Positions 47,449 to 56,527 of a stretch of 64,000 bases of DNA are shown here, one piece after another; the stretch's first letter is position 1, and each line of letters starts with the position of its first letter. Source of the stretch: an uncultured Gammaproteobacteria bacterium. GTDB taxonomy: Bacteria; Pseudomonadota; Gammaproteobacteria; Eutrophobiales; Eutrophobiaceae. The DNA lies in the NCBI GenBank assembly GCA_943788815.1, contig CALSRS010000003.1:2588-66587 (forward strand). The letters are read 5' to 3'. A program made the translations under genes and the position numbers. Below the pieces are notes generated by a model. That model was not told where the DNA came from and did no database searches. It saw only the letters and a list, made by a program, of their open reading frames with translations.

Positions 47449-48778
47449 GAAATCTATCCCACGCAGGACTTTTTTACGTGGTGCCGGGGCAAGTATTGCC
47501 TTACCGGTACTTAGTGCCATGTTTCCCGCATTGGCTACTGCAAAAAACGCAATGGAGGTCCCAAGAAGGTTTTCTGTCGTCTATATCCCCAATGGGGTCA
47601 ACATGGCTCACTGGACGCCAGCGGATACAGGTAATTCATTTAAATTGACCCGTGCCCTCAAACCGCTAGCCGATTATCAGGACAAAATGACCGTGCTGAC
47701 TGGACTGAGTAATACACCGGGTGATGCGCTCCCAGGAGAAGGTGAGACTGCACCACATGAACGCGCAGGAGGTGTATTCCTGACAGGTGTCCATCCAAAG
47801 AATGAAGGTATTACAGGTGTTTCAATTGATCAGATCATTGCCAGAGAATTAGGAAAAAAGACCCAACTGGCTTCTTTGGAAATGGGGCTGCATACCAAGG
47901 ATGTGATCGGGAATTGTGAGAAGGGGTGGAGCTGTGCCTACTTGAGCACGCTTTCCTGGCGCACACCAACTACTCCTCTGCCTATGGAATACCGTCCCCG
48001 CGCTGTATTCGAACGATTGTTTGGCGGCAGTAGTAGTACTGACAAGGCGGCACGCATGGAAAGAATTAATAAAGAGAAAAGCATCCTCGATGATATTACC
48101 CGTGAAGCTCGGCAGATGATGGATGCATATGGTGCTGATGATAAGGTGAGATTAACTGAGTATCTCGATGGGATGCGTGATGTGGAAAGGCGAATTCAAT
48201 TGGCAGAACAGCAATCCTCACGTGAACTGCCAACAATGGAGCGTCCCACTGGAATTCCTAATGAATTTGTGGACCACCTGAAATTAATGTTCGACCTGCA
48301 GGTTCTGGCATTTCAGACCGATATGACTCGAATGATCACTTTTATGACGGCGCCGGAACAGAACAACCGTACCTATGGTCAAATAGGTGTGCCTGATGTT
48401 CATCATTCGGTTTCCCACCATAGAGAGGATCCATCAAATCTGGAAAAACTTGCGAAGATTGATGAGTATCATTCGCAACTGTTCAGTTATTACCTGGACA
48501 AATTAAGCTCCACTCAAGATGTTGACGGATCATTACTGGACAACATGATGGTTATGTATGGTGCGGGCATGAGCGATGGTAATCAGCACCTGTTACACAA
48601 TTTGCCTATCATGTTGGTAGGTGGTGGATCAGGCCAACTTAATGGCGGACGTCATATTAAGTACAAATTAGATACGCCAATGTCTAATCTATATCTGTCC
48701 ATACTGGACAAACTGGATATTGAAGTTGAAAAATTTGGTGACAGTACTGGTAAGTTGAATCTTGCAGCAACCGCGTAA
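47435..48778 (+). CDS. DUF1552-family protein with a Tat-type signal
   Basis: It begins RRTFLRGAGASIALP and contains the HHSVSHH motif. This is the canonical partner of DUF1592 proteins. The start overlaps the upstream stop by 14 nt. Confidence 0.8.
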   Translation: MMIFKKSIPRRTFLRGAGASIALPVLSAMFPALATAKNAMEVPRRFSVVYIPNGVNMAHWTPADTGNSFKLTRALKPLADYQDKMTVLTGLSNTPGDALPGEGETAPHERAGGVFLTGVHPKNEGITGVSIDQIIARELGKKTQLASLEMGLHTKDVIGNCEKGWSCAYLSTLSWRTPTTPLPMEYRPRAVFERLFGGSSSTDKAARMERINKEKSILDDITREARQMMDAYGADDKVRLTEYLDGMRDVERRIQLAEQQSSRELPTMERPTGIPNEFVDHLKLMFDLQVLAFQTDMTRMITFMTAPEQNNRTYGQIGVPDVHHSVSHHREDPSNLEKLAKIDEYHSQLFSYYLDKLSSTQDVDGSLLDNMMVMYGAGMSDGNQHLLHNLPIMLVGGGSGQLNGGRHIKYKLDTPMSNLYLSILDKLDIEVEKFGDSTGKLNLAATA

Positions 48779-48803
48779 TTAAACAGATTGTAAGGAGTTT
48801 GAA

Positions 48804-50363
48804 TTGAAACGGGAGCGTAAAGCCAGGTTTGCCAACCTTATTTTTTTCTCGCTGTTGGTTTTTTCTTTGCAATTATCAGCTGATGTTCAATTGGTTGAGT
48901 CTGCAAAAAACAATGATCTTGCAAATGTTAAGTTCTTGCTTAAAAAAGGTGTCGATGCAAACACTAGTATAGCCGATGGAACAACGGCATTGCATTGGGC
49001 TGTGCTTCGCAATAATCAGGAGATGGTCGATTTATTAATCTCAGCCGGTGCTGAACCTGATCCTGCCAATGAATATGGTGCGACACCGATGTGGCTGGCT
49101 TGTAATAATACTAATCCTGCAATGATTGACTTATTACTTGAGGCCGGCGCCGATCCCAATGCATCACTATGGTCTGGTGAATCACCGTTAATGAAATGTT
49201 CATTAACAGGTGCAGTAAGTGCAGTATTGGCGTTGATTAAAGCTGGTGCCTATGTGGATGCAATTGAATCGGTACAGGGACAATCTGCAATTATGTGGGC
49301 CGCCGCACAAGGTCATTCTGAGATAGTTAGAATTTTAATTGATAGTGGTGCTGACCTATCCGCAAAAACCAAAGCAACAGCGGATAAACTCCCGCATTCG
49401 TGTTCTTCGTGTGAATGGAAAAAATCCATTGGTGGATTTACTCCATTACTGTTTGCCGCAAGATCAGGTGATATTTCAACTATCCGGTTATTCATGGAAG
49501 CAGGCGCCGATCCCAATGAAGCCACTACGGAACACGGTAATTCTCTGGTTATTGCCGCAGCAGGCGGTCATTACGAACTGGCGCTGTTCTTGTTGAAAAT
49601 GGGAGCGGATCCCAATTCCAGTGATGATACAGGTCTAACAGCATTGCATCATGCCGTCGGTGGCGGATTGGCATTGTTGAATGGGGTGATCTATGACGGT
49701 GTTTATCGGATACAACCAAAAAATAGCCAGAAACTTGCCAGGACATTAATGGAAGCCGGTGCTGATGTTAATGCGCAAATCTTTCAAGATCATTTATTGG
49801 GACCAGACGGCACACCTTTCAGTATGACAGGGGCAACACCTTTACTATTGGCAGCCACATCTGCTGATGTTGAAATGATTAATCTATTGCAAGAATTTGG
49901 TGCGAACCCAGGACTTGCCACCAAAGGTAAGGTGACACCATTAATTGCAGCTGCCCAGGCTGCTTGCACCGGGACCTGCGCCTATCAGGAGGGTGGAAAC
50001 GTTGCAAGCAATGAAGCGGTACAGCGTGCATTCAACGCTACAAGGGCAATTTTCGACATGGGCGGTATCAATATTAACGCCACCAATAATGTAGGTAGAT
50101 CGGCAATACACATTGCTGCATTCACCGGTTCAGACATTGTTGTCCAGTATCTAGCGGAACAGGGTGCTGATATTAACCTTAAAGACAATCGAGGAGAGAC
50201 TCCCTGGACTATGGCATTGGGTATGACAACAAATATCGGAAATCGGGGACTGTATGGGTATCATGAAAGCACCGCTGACTTATTGTTAAAACTTGGTGCC
50301 AGGGTCGTCACCATGAAACAACTGGAAGAAGATACTCCGCCCTATGCCGGCGCCGGTTTATAA
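48804..50363 (+). CDS. secreted ankyrin-repeat protein
   Basis: It has a TTG start 6 nt after AAGGAG and a signal peptide. There are many repeats of the G.T.LH.A...G....V..LL..GADPN type. Confidence 0.85.
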   Translation: MKRERKARFANLIFFSLLVFSLQLSADVQLVESAKNNDLANVKFLLKKGVDANTSIADGTTALHWAVLRNNQEMVDLLISAGAEPDPANEYGATPMWLACNNTNPAMIDLLLEAGADPNASLWSGESPLMKCSLTGAVSAVLALIKAGAYVDAIESVQGQSAIMWAAAQGHSEIVRILIDSGADLSAKTKATADKLPHSCSSCEWKKSIGGFTPLLFAARSGDISTIRLFMEAGADPNEATTEHGNSLVIAAAGGHYELALFLLKMGADPNSSDDTGLTALHHAVGGGLALLNGVIYDGVYRIQPKNSQKLARTLMEAGADVNAQIFQDHLLGPDGTPFSMTGATPLLLAATSADVEMINLLQEFGANPGLATKGKVTPLIAAAQAACTGTCAYQEGGNVASNEAVQRAFNATRAIFDMGGININATNNVGRSAIHIAAFTGSDIVVQYLAEQGADINLKDNRGETPWTMALGMTTNIGNRGLYGYHESTADLLLKLGARVVTMKQLEEDTPPYAGAGL

Positions 50364-50628
50364 AAGTAAACTGGTCGCAGGGTTTGCATTATTTCTTGCA
50401 GTAGGCTCGCTCAATAGTCAAGTTCTCGACAAAAATCAGCAAACAAAAGTACAGTCAAAACAGCTTGGTCCATCCCGATACGAGGTTACCTGCGTTGAAT
50501 CTGCTGAGTATTGCGCTGAAGAATTCAAGCGTCTTTGCCCTGATGGACACCTGGTAGGTGGATATTTCAGAAATGAGTATGATCATGGACAGGTTACTGC
50601 CACCATTACCTGCAGGGAAAATAATTGA
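50344..50628 (+). CDS. small secreted four-Cys protein (hypothetical)
   Basis: It has a signal peptide and four cysteines. Its start overlaps the ankyrin gene stop by 20 nt, which suggests translational coupling. Confidence 0.4.
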   Translation: MPAPVYKSKLVAGFALFLAVGSLNSQVLDKNQQTKVQSKQLGPSRYEVTCVESAEYCAEEFKRLCPDGHLVGGYFRNEYDHGQVTATITCRENN

Positions 50629-50714
50629 CCTTACAGTACGTTCCCTATAACAGTTTTTAATAAATAAGCAGATACCCTAATTAGTTCGTAAATCATATAT
50701 ATGCATTATTAAAT

Positions 50715-51761
50715 ATGGAACAACCACTGGTAAAAAATCCTGGTATTCAGGTACTCAATGCCATAGCCGCATTTATTATTGTAGTTGCTGGTATGAAGGC
50801 AGCATCTGCCATTGTGGTACCTTTTCTTCTCGCTGTATTTATTTCTATACTGGCGGCATCACCGTTACTGTGGTTACAAAACAAGGGTTGGCCATTATGG
50901 GCAGCATTGACAACAATCATTATTGGGGTGATCGCGATTATGATGTTGTTGGTGTTGTTACTAGGCGCATCGTTGGATGATTTCACTCGCGAGCTTCCCA
51001 GTTACCAGGCAAGGTTGCATGATATTGTGTTGGGTATTATTAACTGGGCCGAAGGACGTGGACTTGAAATCTCAGCTGATCGGGCCCGTGAAGTCTTTGA
51101 CCCGTCCGGTGCAATTGGTATCGTAAATAATATTCTCGGTGGCATAACCAATCTTCTGGGTAATGCATTTTTAATCTTGTTTACTATCATATTTATGTTG
51201 GTAGAGGCGGCAAGCTTTCCTAGAAAAATTATCAGAATCACAGGTGGTCAAATTTCCGGTACATATAATGAAATTCTATTGCGAGTGAGGAGTTACATTG
51301 CAGTTAAAACCATGATCAGTGTGGCAACCGGAATTTGCATAGGCATACTTACCTATACAATAGGTGTCGATTTTCCAGTCCTCTGGGGAATCATAGGATT
51401 TCTCCTGAATTATGTACCAACTATTGGTTCCATACTTGCCTCTGTACCTGCATGTTTAATTGCCCTGGTGCAATTGGGAATAGGGCCAACCATATTCACA
51501 GCATTGGGTTACTTTGGAATCAATGTTGTGTTTGGTAACCTGATTGAACCCCGAATAATGGGTAGGGCCATGGGACTATCAACCCTGGTGGTGTTTTTAT
51601 CGTTGGTTTTCTGGGGATGGGTACTGGGACCCATTGGTATGCTGTTATCAGTCCCATTGACCATGGTTGCAAAAATTGCCCTGGAACAAAATGCCCATAC
51701 CATGCCACTTGCAATTATACTTGACGCCGATAGACCCACAGAACAGGATCAATCAGCATAA
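50715..51761 (+). CDS. AI-2E family transporter (PerM/YhhT-like permease)
   Basis: It is polytopic, with the NYVPTIGSILA and LLSVPLT motifs typical of the family. Length is 348 aa. Confidence 0.7.
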   Translation: MEQPLVKNPGIQVLNAIAAFIIVVAGMKAASAIVVPFLLAVFISILAASPLLWLQNKGWPLWAALTTIIIGVIAIMMLLVLLLGASLDDFTRELPSYQARLHDIVLGIINWAEGRGLEISADRAREVFDPSGAIGIVNNILGGITNLLGNAFLILFTIIFMLVEAASFPRKIIRITGGQISGTYNEILLRVRSYIAVKTMISVATGICIGILTYTIGVDFPVLWGIIGFLLNYVPTIGSILASVPACLIALVQLGIGPTIFTALGYFGINVVFGNLIEPRIMGRAMGLSTLVVFLSLVFWGWVLGPIGMLLSVPLTMVAKIALEQNAHTMPLAIILDADRPTEQDQSA

Positions 51762-51875
51762 AGGCAGAAATTGAAATAAATAAATCTGGTTGATAGATCT
51801 CAACAACATCATTTTGGTAACTCTTGCCGTTATATTATTTTCCCTGATCGCATCTTTGGAACCGGGTATATCATT

Positions 51876-52799
51876 CTAAGTTACAGGTAAGCGGAGCTTA
51901 TTAATTTTAATTTTTAGATATGGCTCGTTAATAGGGGAGGTGCGATATAATTCAGGCCCGTATAATTTATACGCGGGGATAAATCTTTCAGCATACTGTT
52001 TAACTTCTCTATCTGACATGCCGGGCAAGCCGTCCGCTTTCATTCTATCTTCTGCTTCACAGCGCCAATTAATCACAAACTCTGGATCTTCAGGATAGAT
52101 ATATAAAAAGCAATCCAGAAAATGGTGCCATCTTTTATATTCTTTAAGGTATGAATTTACTATCTTCAATTGTGGATCATTTAAATCTTTAACAGCTTGA
52201 AAACCAAGCATCCAGCCTTCCAGTAATACTACGTCCACCGGTAAGTTAATGCTGGGCCATTTATGTTTCTCTATCCTGTCACCTTGTCCCTGGTGCCGAG
52301 ACTTGTCATAACGAGGAATGGGAATAGTAGTTTTACTTCCCGGGTATTTAAGCGTTGACAGGATATCCTCACCCAGTTGTATGTCATGTGTTCCTGGATA
52401 TCCCCTTTGGTGTAATACATTGACGTTTAAGTTAGATTCAGCAAAGCGAATTTGATCATTTCGAGTCAGGTAAAAATCATCAATAGATAATGAAATAGCA
52501 TTAATCCCTTCTAGTTCAAACATATTTACAAGGTGAGATGTTAATGTGGTTTTTCCACTTCCTTGTGGGGCATTAATGCCAATTACAAAAGTTTTTTGAG
52601 CACTGGATTTTTTTTTCTCAAATAAATAAAAATATAGAGGGAGATAGTAATTATTGATTAATTCATCAGTTTTTATCGAGTCATCTATCCATTTTTGAAG
52701 TAGTGATTCAAGCTTATTCCAACGCTTAATATCTATAGATGCTCTAATATTTTGTTGCCAGGTCATTGATTTACTAATATAAGCTTTAAACTTGTTCAT
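51876..52799 (-). CDS. P-loop kinase, D-glycerate 3-kinase (GLYK)-like
   Basis: The Walker A motif GINAPQGSGKTTL resembles the GLYK/YGR205W-type kinase family. Length is 307 aa. Confidence 0.5.
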   Translation of the reverse strand: MNKFKAYISKSMTWQQNIRASIDIKRWNKLESLLQKWIDDSIKTDELINNYYLPLYFYLFEKKKSSAQKTFVIGINAPQGSGKTTLTSHLVNMFELEGINAISLSIDDFYLTRNDQIRFAESNLNVNVLHQRGYPGTHDIQLGEDILSTLKYPGSKTTIPIPRYDKSRHQGQGDRIEKHKWPSINLPVDVVLLEGWMLGFQAVKDLNDPQLKIVNSYLKEYKRWHHFLDCFLYIYPEDPEFVINWRCEAEDRMKADGLPGMSDREVKQYAERFIPAYKLYGPELYRTSPINEPYLKIKINKLRLPVT

Positions 52800-52834
52800 G
52801 ATTTAAATAAAACATCAGTGTAATAGGGGGATAC

Positions 52835-54379
52835 TTGAAATTATATTCAAGAAATATGGGTCGTCGAGATTTTTTAAGACTTGCGGCGGGATTTAGCACA
52901 ATTCAATCACTTTCTCTGGGTAATGCGACGAGATTATTTGCCCAGGACATGCCAACTGATATCACTGCCATGACTGCTACACAGTTATCAGTTGCAATCA
53001 GGTCTCGGAATGTTAGCTGTGTCGAGGTCATGAAGGCCTACCTTAAAAGGATTCATCGAATTAATCCGACATATAATCTTATTGTCAGTATGGTGGATGA
53101 TGATTTGCTAATCAATCAGGCAGAATTTGCAGATCAAGCCTTAAGTAAGGATGAATATTGGGGATGGATGCATGGTATGCCCCATGCGGTTAAAGACCTG
53201 GCTAATGCCAGAGGTCTGGAAAGCAGTTATGGTTCACCATTACATGCTGGAACCATTGCTCAGGCTGATGATATTCATATATCGCGAATACGAGGCAAGG
53301 GCGCAATTTTTATTGGCAAGACTAATGTCCCGGAATTTGGTCTGGGTTCTCAATCCTACAATACCGTGCATGGTACGACGAAGAATGCCTATAACCCAGC
53401 ACTGACATCAGGAGGAAGCAGTGGTGGTGCTGCATCAGGTATGGCATTACAGGTATTACCCACCGCGGATGGCAGCGACATGATGGGCTCGCTTAGAAAC
53501 CCCGCAGGTTTTAATAATGTTGTTGGATTTAGACCCAGTCAGGGGCGTGTACCCTCTACACCAGGTGACCTTTACTATCATCAACTTTCTGTTAATGGGC
53601 CTATGGGGAGGAATGTTGAAGATACCATCCGCTTGTTAAATACCATTGCTGGTTTTGATGACAGATCCCCCATGAGTCTTAGAGACACCATCCCGGTTTA
53701 TGAAACATTTAGAAAAGCACATTTCCTGGACTACCGAATAGGCTGGATGGGTGATTATGATGGCTATCTGGCAACTGAACCCGGTGTTATCGATCTGTGT
53801 GAACGTGCATTGAAACGCCTGGATCAATTCGGTGTCATTGTGGATGATTGCCAGCCTGAATATGAACTGTCACGACTCTGGCAGACCTGGTTGACCTTCC
53901 GGCACTGGTCACAGACAGGGCGCCAGACACAATATAACGATCCTGATATCAGAAAGCATTTCAAACCAGAGTTGATCTGGGAGATAGAGGGTAGCTTTAG
54001 TATTTCTGGTGAACGACTCTCTAAGGCGGCCGTTGATCGTGCCGACTGGTATCGTGCATTATTAAAGTTGTTTCAGCGTTTTGACATACTTGCTTTACCC
54101 AGCGCTCAGGTCTTTCCATTTGATGCGAATATACATTGGCCCAAATCCATTAACGGCAGATCAATGGATACCTATCATCGATGGATGGAGGTGGTGATAG
54201 GTGGAACTTTAGCTGGATTGCCGGTAGTCAGTTTGCCTGCGGGATTTGATTCACAGGGCAGGCCCATGGGTATCCAATTTATAGGCAAGATGGGACAGGA
54301 CCAACAAGTACTGGAATTTGCCATGGCCTATGATGCCGTTACCGATTACCTTCAGGTGCGTCCTGATATAGATATTTAG
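52835..54379 (+). CDS. amidase-signature family amidase with a Tat-type signal
   Basis: It has GGSSGGAA and the conserved Lys/Ser context, plus the N-terminal RRDFLRL. The start is either the TTG at 52835 (preceded by AGGGGGA) or the ATG at 52856. Confidence 0.85.
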   Translation: MKLYSRNMGRRDFLRLAAGFSTIQSLSLGNATRLFAQDMPTDITAMTATQLSVAIRSRNVSCVEVMKAYLKRIHRINPTYNLIVSMVDDDLLINQAEFADQALSKDEYWGWMHGMPHAVKDLANARGLESSYGSPLHAGTIAQADDIHISRIRGKGAIFIGKTNVPEFGLGSQSYNTVHGTTKNAYNPALTSGGSSGGAASGMALQVLPTADGSDMMGSLRNPAGFNNVVGFRPSQGRVPSTPGDLYYHQLSVNGPMGRNVEDTIRLLNTIAGFDDRSPMSLRDTIPVYETFRKAHFLDYRIGWMGDYDGYLATEPGVIDLCERALKRLDQFGVIVDDCQPEYELSRLWQTWLTFRHWSQTGRQTQYNDPDIRKHFKPELIWEIEGSFSISGERLSKAAVDRADWYRALLKLFQRFDILALPSAQVFPFDANIHWPKSINGRSMDTYHRWMEVVIGGTLAGLPVVSLPAGFDSQGRPMGIQFIGKMGQDQQVLEFAMAYDAVTDYLQVRPDIDI

Positions 54380-54701
54380 TACTAGTGTTGCGCGGTATTT
54401 ACTATTAATACTGGTGAAATCTATTACCTGAATTGGTTCCTGTGTGATGACACCAGCAATGACGATATGTGGTCCCAGGGCTATATGAAAGATGTCTAAT
54501 GATGGGGTATATTTTTTCACCAGGACTGCATGCTCGAGCACTCTAAAAAGAGACTGGGCTCAAAACTACACGATAAAGTAGCTTTTTAAATTATTTTCTG
54601 CTTATCACCCTCCTTGTGAATCTTGCTGGAATAGCTATGATATTTGCAGTCAATGATCATAAATATAGTTAAAATAACTAGTTAACTCAGAAAAATATTC
54701 A

Positions 54702-55595
54702 ATGAATGATCATCTATCTCAACTTCCTGTCTTAGGTGTCGGGGCTAGTCTTAGCTTATCGGCAGAACCTGATCCGGTTTCACTGGCTCAAAAAGAACAA
54801 GGGCCAAGTTTTGTTGAGTATGCTGGACTTGCAGATGTTGAGCAGGTGATCGATGAAGTTTCCAGGATACGAGCAACAGGTAAATCCGTTTTGTTTCATC
54901 CTTCCTATATCAATTTTTGTGGTTCCTACCAAAATTCTAAGAATTGGTTGAAGGCAACAGCACATCATATAGAACAAGTGGGTTCTCCCTGGTTTGCGCA
55001 GGATTGCGCATACTGCTTTTGGCAAGAGAGTCCAGGATATTCCAGCCAGTTTGGATATTTTATTCCCCCTATATTGAATAAAACTTCTCTTGCCTTGGCT
55101 ATCGATCGTGTAAAAGAAGTCCAGGATGCCGTACCCGTAACTGTTGCTATAGAGCCCCCACCTGTTTCATTTGTGATTGGTACGATGCCTGTATTCTCTT
55201 TTTTTGGAGAAATTGCTGACCAAACAGATTGCGCATTGTTACTGGATATGGGGCACCTGGTTTCCTATGAGATGGCAAATGGACAGTTAGTAACAGATGC
55301 ACTTACAGATTTGCCTGCGCAAAGAGTGGTCGAAGTCCATATTGCAGGTGGACGAATTAAGCAAAGTGAGACAGGGCCCATATATATAGATTCTCATGAA
55401 TATGAAATTCAACAGCAAACCTGGAAGATGCTGGACACAATGCTACCAAAATTACCAAACCTGAAAGCTGTCTGTTTTGAATGCGAGGGTGTTGACGAGA
55501 AAGTTGTAATGTCCACCTTGAAGCGAATTCGCAAGACAGTTATTCAGAAAAGTTCCAATCCTGAATTAACGTCTTTTCTTGGATCCTCACAATGA
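54702..55595 (+). CDS. divergent DUF692-family (MbnB/TglH/HvfB-like TIM-barrel) protein
   Basis: It is colinear with DUF692 landmarks: GVG.SL at the N-terminus, RV.EVQD....V.IEPP, CALLLDMGHLVSYE (versus LLLDVNN) and VEVHIAGG (versus HLAGH). The middle SxHL-type segment looks different (AQDC). Confidence 0.55.
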   Translation: MNDHLSQLPVLGVGASLSLSAEPDPVSLAQKEQGPSFVEYAGLADVEQVIDEVSRIRATGKSVLFHPSYINFCGSYQNSKNWLKATAHHIEQVGSPWFAQDCAYCFWQESPGYSSQFGYFIPPILNKTSLALAIDRVKEVQDAVPVTVAIEPPPVSFVIGTMPVFSFFGEIADQTDCALLLDMGHLVSYEMANGQLVTDALTDLPAQRVVEVHIAGGRIKQSETGPIYIDSHEYEIQQQTWKMLDTMLPKLPNLKAVCFECEGVDEKVVMSTLKRIRKTVIQKSSNPELTSFLGSSQ

Positions 55596-56509
55596 GTTTT
55601 GTCGAACAAGAAAGAATGTTGTTTGATCTTTTGTTTGATGAAGAGTTGAGAGAAAAATTTTGTAAAGATTCAAATGTGGCGTTTGAAAATTATGACCTTG
55701 ATGAAAATGAAAAGGCAGATTTTTCTGTTGTTCGTGCAGACGCCCTTATTATGGATGCAAAGATTCGTGTGAATCTGATTATGTCTCAGATATGCCGTTC
55801 ATATCCCTTAACTTTCAGTATAGTTTCATCAAAAAAAGAGGGTTTAAAATTATTAAAGAGCCTGGTTGGTATTAAAACAATGCGTACACCGTATATCGAC
55901 AGATCTACTGAATATGGAAAGCAATTAAGTGAGGAACTATTGCAATTATCTTCACTTTCTGAAAAAGAGACACAATTATTAACTACCGTTTTTCAATTTG
56001 AATTAGGAATGGCATGGACCACCTCAAATTTAAAGCGGCTTGTCCTAAAAAAAGGAAAATATCAATTTGGTGAAATAGATATACTCGATGACTGGGCTGA
56101 TAGACCGGTAAGATTGGCTGAATTCGTTTCCGCGGGTGTGATACCAATCTCATATAAAAAAATCAAAAAACGTCTGTGTCTCGTTGATGGCAATAATTTA
56201 TGGCGGCAACTAGTAAGTAATCCAACATCAACTTCAGCAATTAATTCAATATTATCAAACGAAGACCCAAGATTAGTGGTGTCACGTGCTCAGATCGATC
56301 ATATGTCTATGTGCGAGCCAATTGTAAGGCATAAAACAACCGAACTAAGTGAAGGGTTTGCTCCATTGTTTCAACACATTAACGGCATAAATAGTATTAA
56401 TACGATTCTATTGCAACTTAAACAAGCAGGCGCAAGCGACAATATACTCAATGGGGTTAAACGTGGTTTTTATCAATTATTAGAAACCGGTATGCTCTTG
56501 GCATGCTAA
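55592..56509 (+). CDS. DUF692 partner protein, possibly DUF2063-like
   Basis: The start overlaps the DUF692 stop by 4 nt (ATGA). The N-terminal region has a pattern weakly reminiscent of DUF2063/HvfC. The assignment is tentative. Confidence 0.3.
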   Translation: MSFVEQERMLFDLLFDEELREKFCKDSNVAFENYDLDENEKADFSVVRADALIMDAKIRVNLIMSQICRSYPLTFSIVSSKKEGLKLLKSLVGIKTMRTPYIDRSTEYGKQLSEELLQLSSLSEKETQLLTTVFQFELGMAWTTSNLKRLVLKKGKYQFGEIDILDDWADRPVRLAEFVSAGVIPISYKKIKKRLCLVDGNNLWRQLVSNPTSTSAINSILSNEDPRLVVSRAQIDHMSMCEPIVRHKTTELSEGFAPLFQHINGINSINTILLQLKQAGASDNILNGVKRGFYQLLETGMLLAC

Positions 56510-56527
56510 CTTAGTCAGGATACTTTA

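Noticed and set aside
51789-51804. The hairpin GTTGA-tagatc-TCAAC after the AI-2E transporter gene, considered as a terminator.
   Set aside because: It has only a 5-bp stem and a weak, interrupted T-tract. That is not enough to call a rho-independent terminator.
54492-54581. A 29-codon ORF with a single Cys upstream of the DUF692 gene, considered as its substrate.
   Set aside because: Its ribosome-binding context is poor, it resembles no known MbnA/TglA/HvfA-type precursor, and it lies 120 nt from the enzyme gene. I mention it only as something to test and do not annotate it as a feature.
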